Shown one piece after another: positions 41,201 through 48,441 of a stretch of DNA of 64,000 bases. This DNA is from Brevundimonas sp. Lineage in GTDB: Bacteria; Pseudomonadota; Alphaproteobacteria; Caulobacterales; Caulobacteraceae. A program made the position numbers and the translations under genes. The DNA lies in contig JAUYAG010000190.1 of NCBI GenBank assembly GCA_030693575.1, forward strand, positions 21,538-85,537, in the 5' to 3' direction. The first letter of the stretch is position 1. The number at the start of each line of letters is the position of its first letter. Below the pieces are notes generated by a model. The model made no database searches. It saw nothing but the letters and a program-made list of their open reading frames with translations, and was not told the origin of the DNA.

Positions 41201-42128
41201 TCAGCACCGGCACGGCGATGCGCAGGCCGGTCCCCGGTCCGCGCGACGACTGACGGAAGTCCGGACGGCCCGGCTCCTCCAGCCGCTGGATCTGGCCCGT
41301 CGGACTGGGCAGGCCGATTTCGGGGAACTGGGTGGCGATGTTGCGCCCGCCGCGCTCGAACACCCGGAAGATGTCCCCGGGCGGCGTCACCTGCCAGGTC
41401 GGTATCGGATACAGCACCGGCAGGGCCCCGCGCCGCTGCTCGTCCAGCGTCACCGTCCCGGGCGGCGTGCCGGGGGAAAGCAGCCGCGCGGGCTCGCCTT
41501 CGGGGGTATAGGCCTCGCCGATGATGTAGTTTTTGTAGGGCAGGATACCGTTGTTGTACGAGGCGCCGCCGAAGAACATCGCCCCTGTCGCCATCAGGGA
41601 TCGTTCTGCTCTTTCAATCAGTTCCATGTGACAGTTGCCACAGGACTGACGGGCAACCCGATAATCACCGGGATTCACGAAACGAATGAACTCAGGTGCC
41701 TCGCGGTTGAGCAGGGTGTAGGTCCGCTCGGGATTGGCCGAACTGGGGAAATGCCAACTCCCGGGATAGCGAGGCAAAACGTGAGCTCTATCCCGTACTG
41801 CGCTGTATTCTGATGCTTCTCTGGATGCGCCGGCCGGAGCCATCGCGGTGGCGTCGCCGCCGTGGCAGTCGACGCACCCCAGCACGACCGCCGGCGAAGC
41901 ATGCATGCTCGCGGCGTCCACCGGACTGTGACAACTCACACAACCGACGCTCTTGGCGGCGGCCTGTTCGGGGGTCTGGTTGAGCGGCGCGGGCGGCGCG
42001 GCGACATAGACACGCGCGACAGGCGCCTCATCATCGTCAGCGATCACGGCGGCCGGAGAACCGGCAACGAGGATCGTCAGGACGGATACCGCCCCGATCA
42101 CCAGCCGCTTGCCCCCCCAGGTCCCCAT
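38202..42128 (-). CDS. 1308-aa secreted decahaem c-type cytochrome fused to a C-terminal LVIVD-repeat beta-propeller
   Basis: Signal/anchor KRLVIGAVSVLTILVAGSPAAVIA. There are 10 CXXCH motifs in roughly the first 830 aa: CVSCH, CVDCH, CGNCH, CTSCH, CMNCH, CADCH, CKDCH, CYSCH, CGGCH, CTDCH. The C-terminal approx 450 aa carry LVIVD-type units (GLILVNVDTL, GLVVVDLDDPLRP, GMRVLDVTKLDEP, GLVIINVTNPRQP, GLKVLQLTSP). Confidence 0.85.
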   Translation of the reverse strand: MGTWGGKRLVIGAVSVLTILVAGSPAAVIADDDEAPVARVYVAAPPAPLNQTPEQAAAKSVGCVSCHSPVDAASMHASPAVVLGCVDCHGGDATAMAPAGASREASEYSAVRDRAHVLPRYPGSWHFPSSANPERTYTLLNREAPEFIRFVNPGDYRVARQSCGNCHMELIERAERSLMATGAMFFGGASYNNGILPYKNYIIGEAYTPEGEPARLLSPGTPPGTVTLDEQRRGALPVLYPIPTWQVTPPGDIFRVFERGGRNIATQFPEIGLPSPTGQIQRLEEPGRPDFRQSSRGPGTGLRIAVPVLNIHKTRLNDPYTWFMGTNDQPGDYRSSGCTSCHVVYANDREPRHSLGYSQFGRDGQTATVDPTINREESGHPIRHAFTRAIPTSQCMNCHMHQPNMFLNSYLGYTMWDYESDAPTMWPERQRYPTAEEIRAVLDRNPEGAAPRGNWADLDFLRAVNDLNPTLRDTQFADYHGHGWNFRGVFKRDREGNLLDAEGGIVSPDDPERWRREGEGQFVPPGTNPGRTVHMMDIHAEKGLQCADCHFSQDSHGSGLIMGEVAAAVEIGCKDCHGTSRALPTLRTSGPAAPPEGTDLTLLRNSDGQRRFEWIERDNRRVLIQRSIVDPTLEWEVDLVRDAVDRDSPEFNPAAARAKLMSVSRPGQASFSWGPGVATTDLAHDDEEMACYSCHTSWTPSCGGCHLPVEANWQATSHRAEGGTTRNYATYNPQVARDDMFQLGRHGTASGGVIAPARSSSALVLSSTNINRERIYVQQPPISAVGFSSQAFAPHFPHTVRRTETKTCTDCHVSEAEDNNAIMAQLLMLGTNTVNFVGMHAWVGLASGIEAVRVTEWDEPQAVFGSYLQRYAYPDFFAQHVERNGRELINWTRGEAFDLEAGGSGDTRSVEEIANTLQRTGGEARCLQLRGEYMFVAEGRGGFRVYDVASIGNKGVSDRILTAPFSPLGNDTHVASGNATCMALPTNQPIAPTRNTAEMRTANQEQAFHPIYSYAVVTDAREGLILVNVDTLADGDPRNNNLRRAATWNPGGVLDGARHITLAGHIAYIAARAGLVVVDLDDPLRPRHVTTVRLDDVRATALQFRYLFVTDAQGMRVLDVTKLDEPRAVEGAVVPLGDARRLYVARTYAYVAAKGEGLVIINVTNPRQPRLHQRVTFDGQLNDAEDVVVASTNASLFAYVADGRNGLKVLQLTSPDSQRNFYGFSPEPRPELIAWARTPSPALALSKGLDRDRGVDETGHQIAIFGRLGSRPFNRTEMERLFLDYRGELYRVSDRPALDGWLAAAGGQ

Positions 42129-42135
42129 GCGCCCC

Positions 42136-43968
42136 TCAGAAACTAAGAACAGCGTTCAATAGAACGGAATAGAACCGATCGTCACGATTCTTCGCCTGGA
42201 ACAGGTCGCCGAAGCCGTCGCCAGGCTCGAAGACGGCCGCAGAGGCACGCAGGACGACATTCTGGGTCATCATCGGTCGCCAGATGGCAGAGACCGATAC
42301 GTCGAAGCCCAGCTCCTTCGGGATCGAACCCTCCTGCCGTAAGGCCTGAACCACCGCCGTGTCCGCGAACCAGAGATGATTGGCGTTGGCGCTGACCCTG
42401 AGTTGGGGCGTCAGGTCCAGATCGGTCCCGAACCCGACCAGAATGGTGCCGGGGTTGTTGAAGTTGGACTGCCCCTCCTCCTTGGAAGACCGCAGCGAGT
42501 TCAGCACGGCGTTGCGGCCGTTCACACCGATCGCCCGCCCGCCGCCGGCGAACGGGATCGACTGGCGGATCCAGTAGCTGGTGTCGGCCCCGGCGAACTG
42601 CGGGTTCTCGAAGATGGCGTCGAACCCCTCCTCGACATCGTCATAGGGGTCCGGGTCGCCGGAAGCGTAGAGTCCGGAAGCGCGGAACCGCATCCAGTCG
42701 AAGTCGATCGACGGCTCGACCGCCAGGAAGAAGGCGCGGATGTCCGCCGGCTGGCCCGTGAACATGCTGTTCCGGTCCTCACCCAGCGCCGCATAGGCCG
42801 AGGCCGTCAGATTGATCCGACCGATCCGGCCGTCGGCGTTGTAGCCCAGATAGGCGACGTCATAGTCGCGGCCCCGCAGGTCGCCGAGCAGCGCCGGGCG
42901 GGCCGGGAAGCCGTTGTCGTCGATATGGATGTCATCGCTCTCGCGGTTGCGGTTGTAGATTACCGTCCACTGCGAGGTCATGCCCGGAACCGGCAGGTCC
43001 TGCCGATACAGGTTGGCGACCAGAATCTGGTCGTCCCTGATCGACTGGGTGATGTCGTTCAGGCCCGAGTTGGTGTCCTTCTCCAGCCTCAGGAAGAGCC
43101 CCAGATTGTACTGGTAGCGGTTGTTGTCGCGGTTCCCGAACAGCCGCACGCCCAGCTGGTTGTCCTGGAACAGGAACCCCCGGAAATCGGAGGTGAAGGG
43201 CTGGATTCCGACCCGCACCGAGTCGAAGTCATAGCGCTCCGAGACGTTGCGCAAATGGTAGTCGAAGAAGGCTTCCTGCACGCCGAGGAAGGAATCCTGC
43301 CGGTCGGGGCCCTTCGAGGGCCTGACGGACAGGATGCGCCGCTCCGGCACGCTGACATCGCTGTAGTTGAAGGCGAGGGTCAGGCGGGCCTCGAAATCGG
43401 GCGGCTTGAACGCCGTCGACCCTTCGATCAGCGCCACCGAGGCGATGAATGTCTGGGACAGGATCAGGCTGTTCGAGCGCCCAAAGACGTCCAGGCTGTT
43501 CGGGTCCTGCGTGGTCTGGACTCCCACCGGCAGCGGCAGCGAGCGCGGCTCGATCACAGTGTCCGACACCCCGGCGACAACGACGAACAGATTCTCATGG
43601 CCCGGCAGCGGCCGGTCGCCCTTGAGTGTGTTCTGGTTATAGGGGTCGAACCAGCGCTCGTTGACGCCGACGGCCTCGATCACCCGCCAGCGGTCCGGAA
43701 GCGGCAGATGGTCCGCCGGAAAGGCCTCGGGCGGCGGCGCGCGCACCGCGCCTGGATTGGCCTGGATGATGGCCTCGGGATAGTTTTCGACCCGCCCTGG
43801 CCGGCGACGGATCGGTGCATCGGGGTCGATCTGCTGCGGCGGCTCAACGTCCCGGGACGGCTGGGGCACGGCGGGCTGGATGACCAGCGGCAGGCCTTGC
43901 GCAGCGGCGTCGGATGCCGAGAGGCACCCCAGGCTCACAACGATCAGGGCGGGCCATGCCACCTTCAT
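42136..43968 (-). CDS. 610-aa outer-membrane beta-barrel protein (putative porin/sheath)
   Basis: The real start MKVAWPALIVVSLGCLSASDAAAQ is at 43968 (TGATG overlap with the upstream stop). The sequence is long, with alternating amphipathic strands, many Y/F/W-G/D/N turns, and a C-terminal ...AVLSF. The stop lies 7 nt before the next ATG. Confidence 0.7.
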   Translation of the reverse strand: MKVAWPALIVVSLGCLSASDAAAQGLPLVIQPAVPQPSRDVEPPQQIDPDAPIRRRPGRVENYPEAIIQANPGAVRAPPPEAFPADHLPLPDRWRVIEAVGVNERWFDPYNQNTLKGDRPLPGHENLFVVVAGVSDTVIEPRSLPLPVGVQTTQDPNSLDVFGRSNSLILSQTFIASVALIEGSTAFKPPDFEARLTLAFNYSDVSVPERRILSVRPSKGPDRQDSFLGVQEAFFDYHLRNVSERYDFDSVRVGIQPFTSDFRGFLFQDNQLGVRLFGNRDNNRYQYNLGLFLRLEKDTNSGLNDITQSIRDDQILVANLYRQDLPVPGMTSQWTVIYNRNRESDDIHIDDNGFPARPALLGDLRGRDYDVAYLGYNADGRIGRINLTASAYAALGEDRNSMFTGQPADIRAFFLAVEPSIDFDWMRFRASGLYASGDPDPYDDVEEGFDAIFENPQFAGADTSYWIRQSIPFAGGGRAIGVNGRNAVLNSLRSSKEEGQSNFNNPGTILVGFGTDLDLTPQLRVSANANHLWFADTAVVQALRQEGSIPKELGFDVSVSAIWRPMMTQNVVLRASAAVFEPGDGFGDLFQAKNRDDRFYSVLLNAVLSF

Positions 43969-45944
43969 CACGGCGCACTGCAGACATTCTGTTGCGAGGA
44001 ATCGAGGAAGGGCGCGAACGGACAGCTGACATAGCGCAGCCGGGTCGAGCCGCCGGGATGGGTCACGACAATCTGGTCTGACCGGATCGCCGCCGGCGCC
44101 TGGCTGATGCCACCCACCCGGATAGCGGCATTCTGGAGACCGAGGAAGGAGATCATGTCGTCCTGGTCGATGCCGTCGCCGGATACGCCGATCGCCCCGA
44201 TCAGCTGCGTGCCCCGATAGATCGGCACGCCGCCCGGGAAGATCTGGAGGCCGTTCTGGAGCCGGTTCCGGCCCGGCGCGGCGTCCGGCAATGCGGTGCA
44301 ACGCGCGACCGTGTCCGCCCCCAGACCGCTGACGAAGCCGACGTGCTGGCCGAGGTTGGCCAGGATCAGGGCGGTTTGCAGGCCCGTCGAGAACGGGCTC
44401 CACATGCTGATCGGCCGTGACAGCGGACCACTGGTCGAGCCGACCTCACCGTCGGGGAAATACGGCCGCGCCAGATTGCCGACGCCGCGCACACTGAACG
44501 CGGTCTGCCCGGTCAGGGCCGTCGGCCTCGACAGGAAGGTCCGGGTCTGGCCGACAAAGGCGTTCACGTCCGCCGAGGGGGCGCCGGACAGGTCGGCGGC
44601 GGCGGCGGCGTTCGACAGGAAGCTGGCGGTGCGGGCCTTCTGCACGGCCACGTCGATGCCGAACAGCGGGGCGTCGGGCGATCGCACCAGTCCGAGGGTC
44701 ACGCCGTGGGTGTCGACCACTGCGATCGAGACCTGGGCGCGGCTGTCCAGCGGACGGCGGATCTGCGCCCGCGCCCGGCTCATGATGGTGAAGGCCTCTT
44801 CCAGCACCGCGCGGGTCTCGGCGGCGGTCAGAGGCGCGCCGACGGAGCCCGCATCCGTACCGCCCTGCACCGGATAGCGGGCGCCGCCCGACCCGTCGGT
44901 CAGGATGAAGGCATCGACATTGTTGAACTCGCCCGCCGTCGCCTTGCGCACGCCCGAGGCCTCGGTCCCGTAGGTCTGGCCCGCGATCGCGCCCGGCCCG
45001 GCGTAGTAGCCGGCAACCGGGGTGAACGCGCCCGTCCCCACCGGCAGCGTCCCGAAAGCCGGCGCCGAGGCCGGCGTGCTCATGAGGGTGGCCGCCGTGG
45101 CGTCGCTGTAGCGAAGCGTCGTTCCATCCACCGCCACCCGGTCGGCCTGGATGTCTACGGACGGCGCCAGACCCGTCCCGGCGGCCAAGGCGATGTGCTC
45201 CTCGATGTCAGCATCCACGTCCAGCACATTGACATCAAAGCCGTAATCGTTCTCGGCGATCACCCCGACCCCGCCGACCAGCACCCCGTTCTTGTACAGC
45301 GGGAAACCGCCGGGATCGGCCGCGAGACCCAGCGGCGACCGCTTCGGTCCGATCAGGGCCGACGGCCCGCCGCCGGCGACGAACCGGCTCGAAATATCCG
45401 AACAGGGCAGCTGGCTGAACTGCACCCCGAACAGCGGCCCGCTTTCCAGGCCCGCCGTCGAGGGGGCGGGCGGGAAATGCTGCTGCACGATCATATTGGC
45501 GGTGCGGCTGGAAAAGGCGTTGCCGCCGGACGAGAGGTAAGCCCCCGTGACGGCCTTTGCGATCGCCCCCGCCGCAGCCGGCACGACCACGCCCTGCAGG
45601 TCGACATCGACCGTCGCGCCGGGCCGCAAGGTGATCGTCGCCGGTGCGCCGGTCATGGAATAGACCGCCAGCACATTGCCGACCCGATCGGTGACAGCGA
45701 TCACGGCGGGCCGCGATCGCGCACGGGCCTCGGCCACGGCGCGGGCCAGCACCCCTTCGACGTCCGCCCCGGACAACGCCTCGGCCGCGGGCACGGCATA
45801 AAGGGCACCGCTTCCGCCGCCGCCACCACCGCCACCACCGCCACCACCACCACCGCCGCCGCTGGACGACCCGCCGCCGCCGCAACCGGCCAACATCAGG
45901 CTGGCCAGAGCCGCCAGAACCAGACTCCTCGCCCGTCCGCTCAT
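43968..45944 (-). CDS. Lipoprotein with poly-Gly tether and two GlcG/HbpS-like (DUF336) domains
   Basis: Lipobox LMLAGC followed by GGGGSSSG(16)SG. There are two DUF336-type cores (IAVTDRVGNVLAV ... GGFPLYKNGVLVGGVGV; IAVVDTHGVTLGLV ... GGVPIYRGTQLIGAIGVSGDGIDQDD). ATGA overlap with the upstream gene. Confidence 0.7.
   Translation of the reverse strand: MSGRARSLVLAALASLMLAGCGGGGSSSGGGGGGGGGGGGGGGGSGALYAVPAAEALSGADVEGVLARAVAEARARSRPAVIAVTDRVGNVLAVYSMTGAPATITLRPGATVDVDLQGVVVPAAAGAIAKAVTGAYLSSGGNAFSSRTANMIVQQHFPPAPSTAGLESGPLFGVQFSQLPCSDISSRFVAGGGPSALIGPKRSPLGLAADPGGFPLYKNGVLVGGVGVIAENDYGFDVNVLDVDADIEEHIALAAGTGLAPSVDIQADRVAVDGTTLRYSDATAATLMSTPASAPAFGTLPVGTGAFTPVAGYYAGPGAIAGQTYGTEASGVRKATAGEFNNVDAFILTDGSGGARYPVQGGTDAGSVGAPLTAAETRAVLEEAFTIMSRARAQIRRPLDSRAQVSIAVVDTHGVTLGLVRSPDAPLFGIDVAVQKARTASFLSNAAAAADLSGAPSADVNAFVGQTRTFLSRPTALTGQTAFSVRGVGNLARPYFPDGEVGSTSGPLSRPISMWSPFSTGLQTALILANLGQHVGFVSGLGADTVARCTALPDAAPGRNRLQNGLQIFPGGVPIYRGTQLIGAIGVSGDGIDQDDMISFLGLQNAAIRVGGISQAPAAIRSDQIVVTHPGGSTRLRYVSCPFAPFLDSSQQNVCSAP
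45810..45885. repeat. (GGN)n simple-sequence tract encoding the poly-Gly/Ser tether
   Basis: The plus strand reads as a run of GCC/ACC triplets (…CCGCCGCCGCCACCACCGCCACCACCGCCACCACCACCACCGCCGCC…). Translated on the minus strand it gives G4-S3-G16. Confidence 0.8.
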
Positions 45945-47338
45945 CGCGCGCGCCTCACAGCGGTCGCAACGCCGCCCATGGCGCGGCGGAATTCCTGTGG
46001 CCGATAGCGGTTGGGATCGCGCACGGCGGCATAGGCGCGATCAATCTCGGGCCGCATCGCCCGAACGGCGCCCGCGTCGATCTCGCCCTGGGCGACCAGG
46101 GCGTTCAGCAGGGTGTCGACCGCCATGACCGCCTGCGCACCGCCGGAATAGTCGGTGTATCGCGGTGCCAGCGCCTCCCCGAGCACGTCCTCCAGGATGG
46201 CGAAGGTGTCGGCGCGGCTGAACGGGCTGGAGGCGAAACTCGCCGACAGCTGGCCGGCCGTTCCGGCAAGGCGGCGAGCCGCCTCGACAGCGCCGGCGCG
46301 GTCGGAGCCAAGCGCCTGGTGGAAGGCGCGTGAGTCGGTCTGGAAGCGCTGGGCCAGCGACGCCGGTGCCGTCCTGGCCGCGGCGGCCAGCATGATCATG
46401 TTCTCGTCGTTGAACGGCGGCATGCCCGCGGGGATCGGCCGGCCCGGATTGGCCTCCACCAGCAAGGGGGCGTTCGGCTCGTCCGAAATCGGCCGGTGGC
46501 AGCTGTGGCAGTCGAAGAAATAGAACTCGGGGAAGACACCGTTCCCGCCCCGCTCCGTGTCGCCATAGACCGTCAGGATCCGCTGCAGCGCCACAGCCTG
46601 GCCGATGGCCCACAGCCGGGCGGAATCCATCGTCGCCTTGCGCTGCACATAGTCGGCATCGACATCGTGGTGCTGCTGGAAGGCGGTAAAGAGCTCCAGC
46701 TCGAACGACAGGCGCGGATGTCCGGCGCTCATCATCTCGTGGGTCACGAACTGGTTGGGCTTGTCGCTGCCCCAGTGGCAGTCGAGGCAGACATTGGCCC
46801 GCACCACCGGATCCTCGAGCGGCGTCATGCCCCGCGCCACATTGGCCGCATGACTGACGCCGACGGTATAGTGGCTGGCGATCCAGCCGCCCGACGGTCC
46901 GTGACAGCTCTCGCAGCCGACGCCGTCGGAAACCTGGAACCGGGCACCCCGCGCGGCGGCGGGCTCGGCATGGCAGCCCAGACAGGCGGGGGCGTTCTGG
47001 GCCGGGCCCAGACCCAGCCGGCGGGTGATCCCCTGCGCGCGTGGATAGGTCAGGGTGCGCCAGGCCCGGCTGTGTGATCCGCCGGGACCGGTCGGGTCCT
47101 GCCAGCTGACCAGTTCGTTCTGGCGCACGACGGCCCCGTCGGGTGCCTGACGGCCATGGCAGGTCGATCCGGCACAGGAGGCCACGCCCTCATGGACGCC
47201 CGGTGATGACAACTGGCTCGCGGACGCCCGCGAGGGCAGGACGGTGCCGATCCCGATGCAGAGCGCCAGGAACAGGGCGACGCTCGCCCAGACCGCAACC
47301 GGGCGGATACGACCCACGCTGATCGTCGTCGTTGTCAA
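45941..47338 (-). CDS. Multihaem c-type cytochrome, cytochrome c554-like (4 CXXCH + 1 CX4CH)
   Basis: N-terminal anchor/signal (VAVWASVALFLALCIGIGTVL). Haem motifs: CAGSTCH (variant), CLGCH, CESCH (GVGCESCHGPSGGW, c554-family-like), CLDCH, CHSCH. The start at 47338 is TTG, so the start is uncertain. Confidence 0.75.
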   Translation of the reverse strand: MTTTTISVGRIRPVAVWASVALFLALCIGIGTVLPSRASASQLSSPGVHEGVASCAGSTCHGRQAPDGAVVRQNELVSWQDPTGPGGSHSRAWRTLTYPRAQGITRRLGLGPAQNAPACLGCHAEPAAARGARFQVSDGVGCESCHGPSGGWIASHYTVGVSHAANVARGMTPLEDPVVRANVCLDCHWGSDKPNQFVTHEMMSAGHPRLSFELELFTAFQQHHDVDADYVQRKATMDSARLWAIGQAVALQRILTVYGDTERGGNGVFPEFYFFDCHSCHRPISDEPNAPLLVEANPGRPIPAGMPPFNDENMIMLAAAARTAPASLAQRFQTDSRAFHQALGSDRAGAVEAARRLAGTAGQLSASFASSPFSRADTFAILEDVLGEALAPRYTDYSGGAQAVMAVDTLLNALVAQGEIDAGAVRAMRPEIDRAYAAVRDPNRYRPQEFRRAMGGVATAVRRAR

Positions 47339-47454
47339 AAGGCCCCCGCTTCCCCCGTCGAAATTCTGGCGAACGTTCGACCGAACAACGTTAGCACCAA
47401 TCCTGACGACCTGTCAGCCGACTCGCCCGTCGCCTGAAGCGGTGCTTTTGAGCC

Positions 47455-48441
47455 CTAGTCTTCGGGGGTCCAGCGCCGGATGATGGTCCTCGCAGCCCCG
47501 CCCGGGCGGGATTCAATCAGGGCCGTGCGCACGGCGTGAGCGCCGCCGTGGTCAACCTCGATGCGCACATCGAAATAGTCGGTCCGGACCGTAACCTGTT
47601 CGCGGACCTCCAGCGGGACCTGCAGCCGGGTCAGCGCCGGCTGGCTCCAGAAGGCGGCCGGGTCGGGCCAGCCCCCTTCGGGCCGACGGTCGATGACCGC
47701 CCGGGCGTCAGCGGGGCCGAGCACACCGCCGGTCAGCATGACCACCAGCGGCGCGTCGGCCGGGGCCAGGGTGTTGACGTTGATGGGCGAACGCTCGGTC
47801 GGCAAGGCGCACACATAGGGCCGAAGCCGGGCATAGGCGTCGCCACCGACGCCGCGAACCGTCCGCAGCTCCGACACCTCGGCCAGCAGCGTCCCGCTCG
47901 TCCGGTACGGCTCGGCCCTGCCGACATAGGCGCTGTCCTCGGCACCCAGAGGCCGTGCGATGGTATCGCTGTCGATCCAGTCGATCAGGCTGTCGGTGAT
48001 GGTCCCCATCGTCACCGCGTCGACCCCGACCGCGCGTCCCAGGGACAGAAGCTGCGCCGCGCCGATGGGCCGGGCCGCCAGCCGGTCGCCGGTCCAGGTG
48101 ACGACGCTGTTCAGGTTGAAGCAGGTCTGGCCGTCGCGCACCGTCGCGGTCAGGCGTCCATCCTCGAGCGGCAGGGTGATGGTCTGGCCATTCCACTCCG
48201 GCTGCAGCGGCGTCCGGTCCGGATGGAGAGACGTCAGCCTGGCGATCCGTCGTCGCGCCAGCGTCTCGGCGCCGTCTGCATACCATTGGGCCTGTCCGCC
48301 GGTTTCCGCATTGATGGTTCGCCGCACAGAGAACCGCACATCGTCCAGCACGGCCGTCGCCACCAGGGCCATCACCGCGACGAGCAGCAAGACAGTCAGC
48401 AGCGCCATGCCCTCGCGAACCCGCCGGAACCCGCCCGTCAT
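47455..48441 (-). CDS. gspK: Type II secretion minor pseudopilin GspK-like
   Basis: GMALLTVLLLVAVMALVA N-terminus, DGQTCFNLNSV and LRTVRGVGGDAYARLRPYVCALP...INVNTL motifs, all typical of GspK. Confidence 0.8.
   Translation of the reverse strand: MTGGFRRVREGMALLTVLLLVAVMALVATAVLDDVRFSVRRTINAETGGQAQWYADGAETLARRRIARLTSLHPDRTPLQPEWNGQTITLPLEDGRLTATVRDGQTCFNLNSVVTWTGDRLAARPIGAAQLLSLGRAVGVDAVTMGTITDSLIDWIDSDTIARPLGAEDSAYVGRAEPYRTSGTLLAEVSELRTVRGVGGDAYARLRPYVCALPTERSPINVNTLAPADAPLVVMLTGGVLGPADARAVIDRRPEGGWPDPAAFWSQPALTRLQVPLEVREQVTVRTDYFDVRIEVDHGGAHAVRTALIESRPGGAARTIIRRWTPED

Noticed and set aside
43969-44403. Upstream 145-codon extension of the outer-membrane barrel ORF
   Set aside because: It overlaps the 3' end of the GlcG-like lipoprotein gene in another frame. 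A clean signal peptide begins at the ATG at 43968.
47371-47386. GAACGTTCGACCGAAC as a LexA SOS box controlling the cytochrome operon
   Set aside because: The spacing between GAAC repeats is 8 nt rather than the 7 nt of the alpha SOS box seen before lexA. I keep it only as an unexplained motif.
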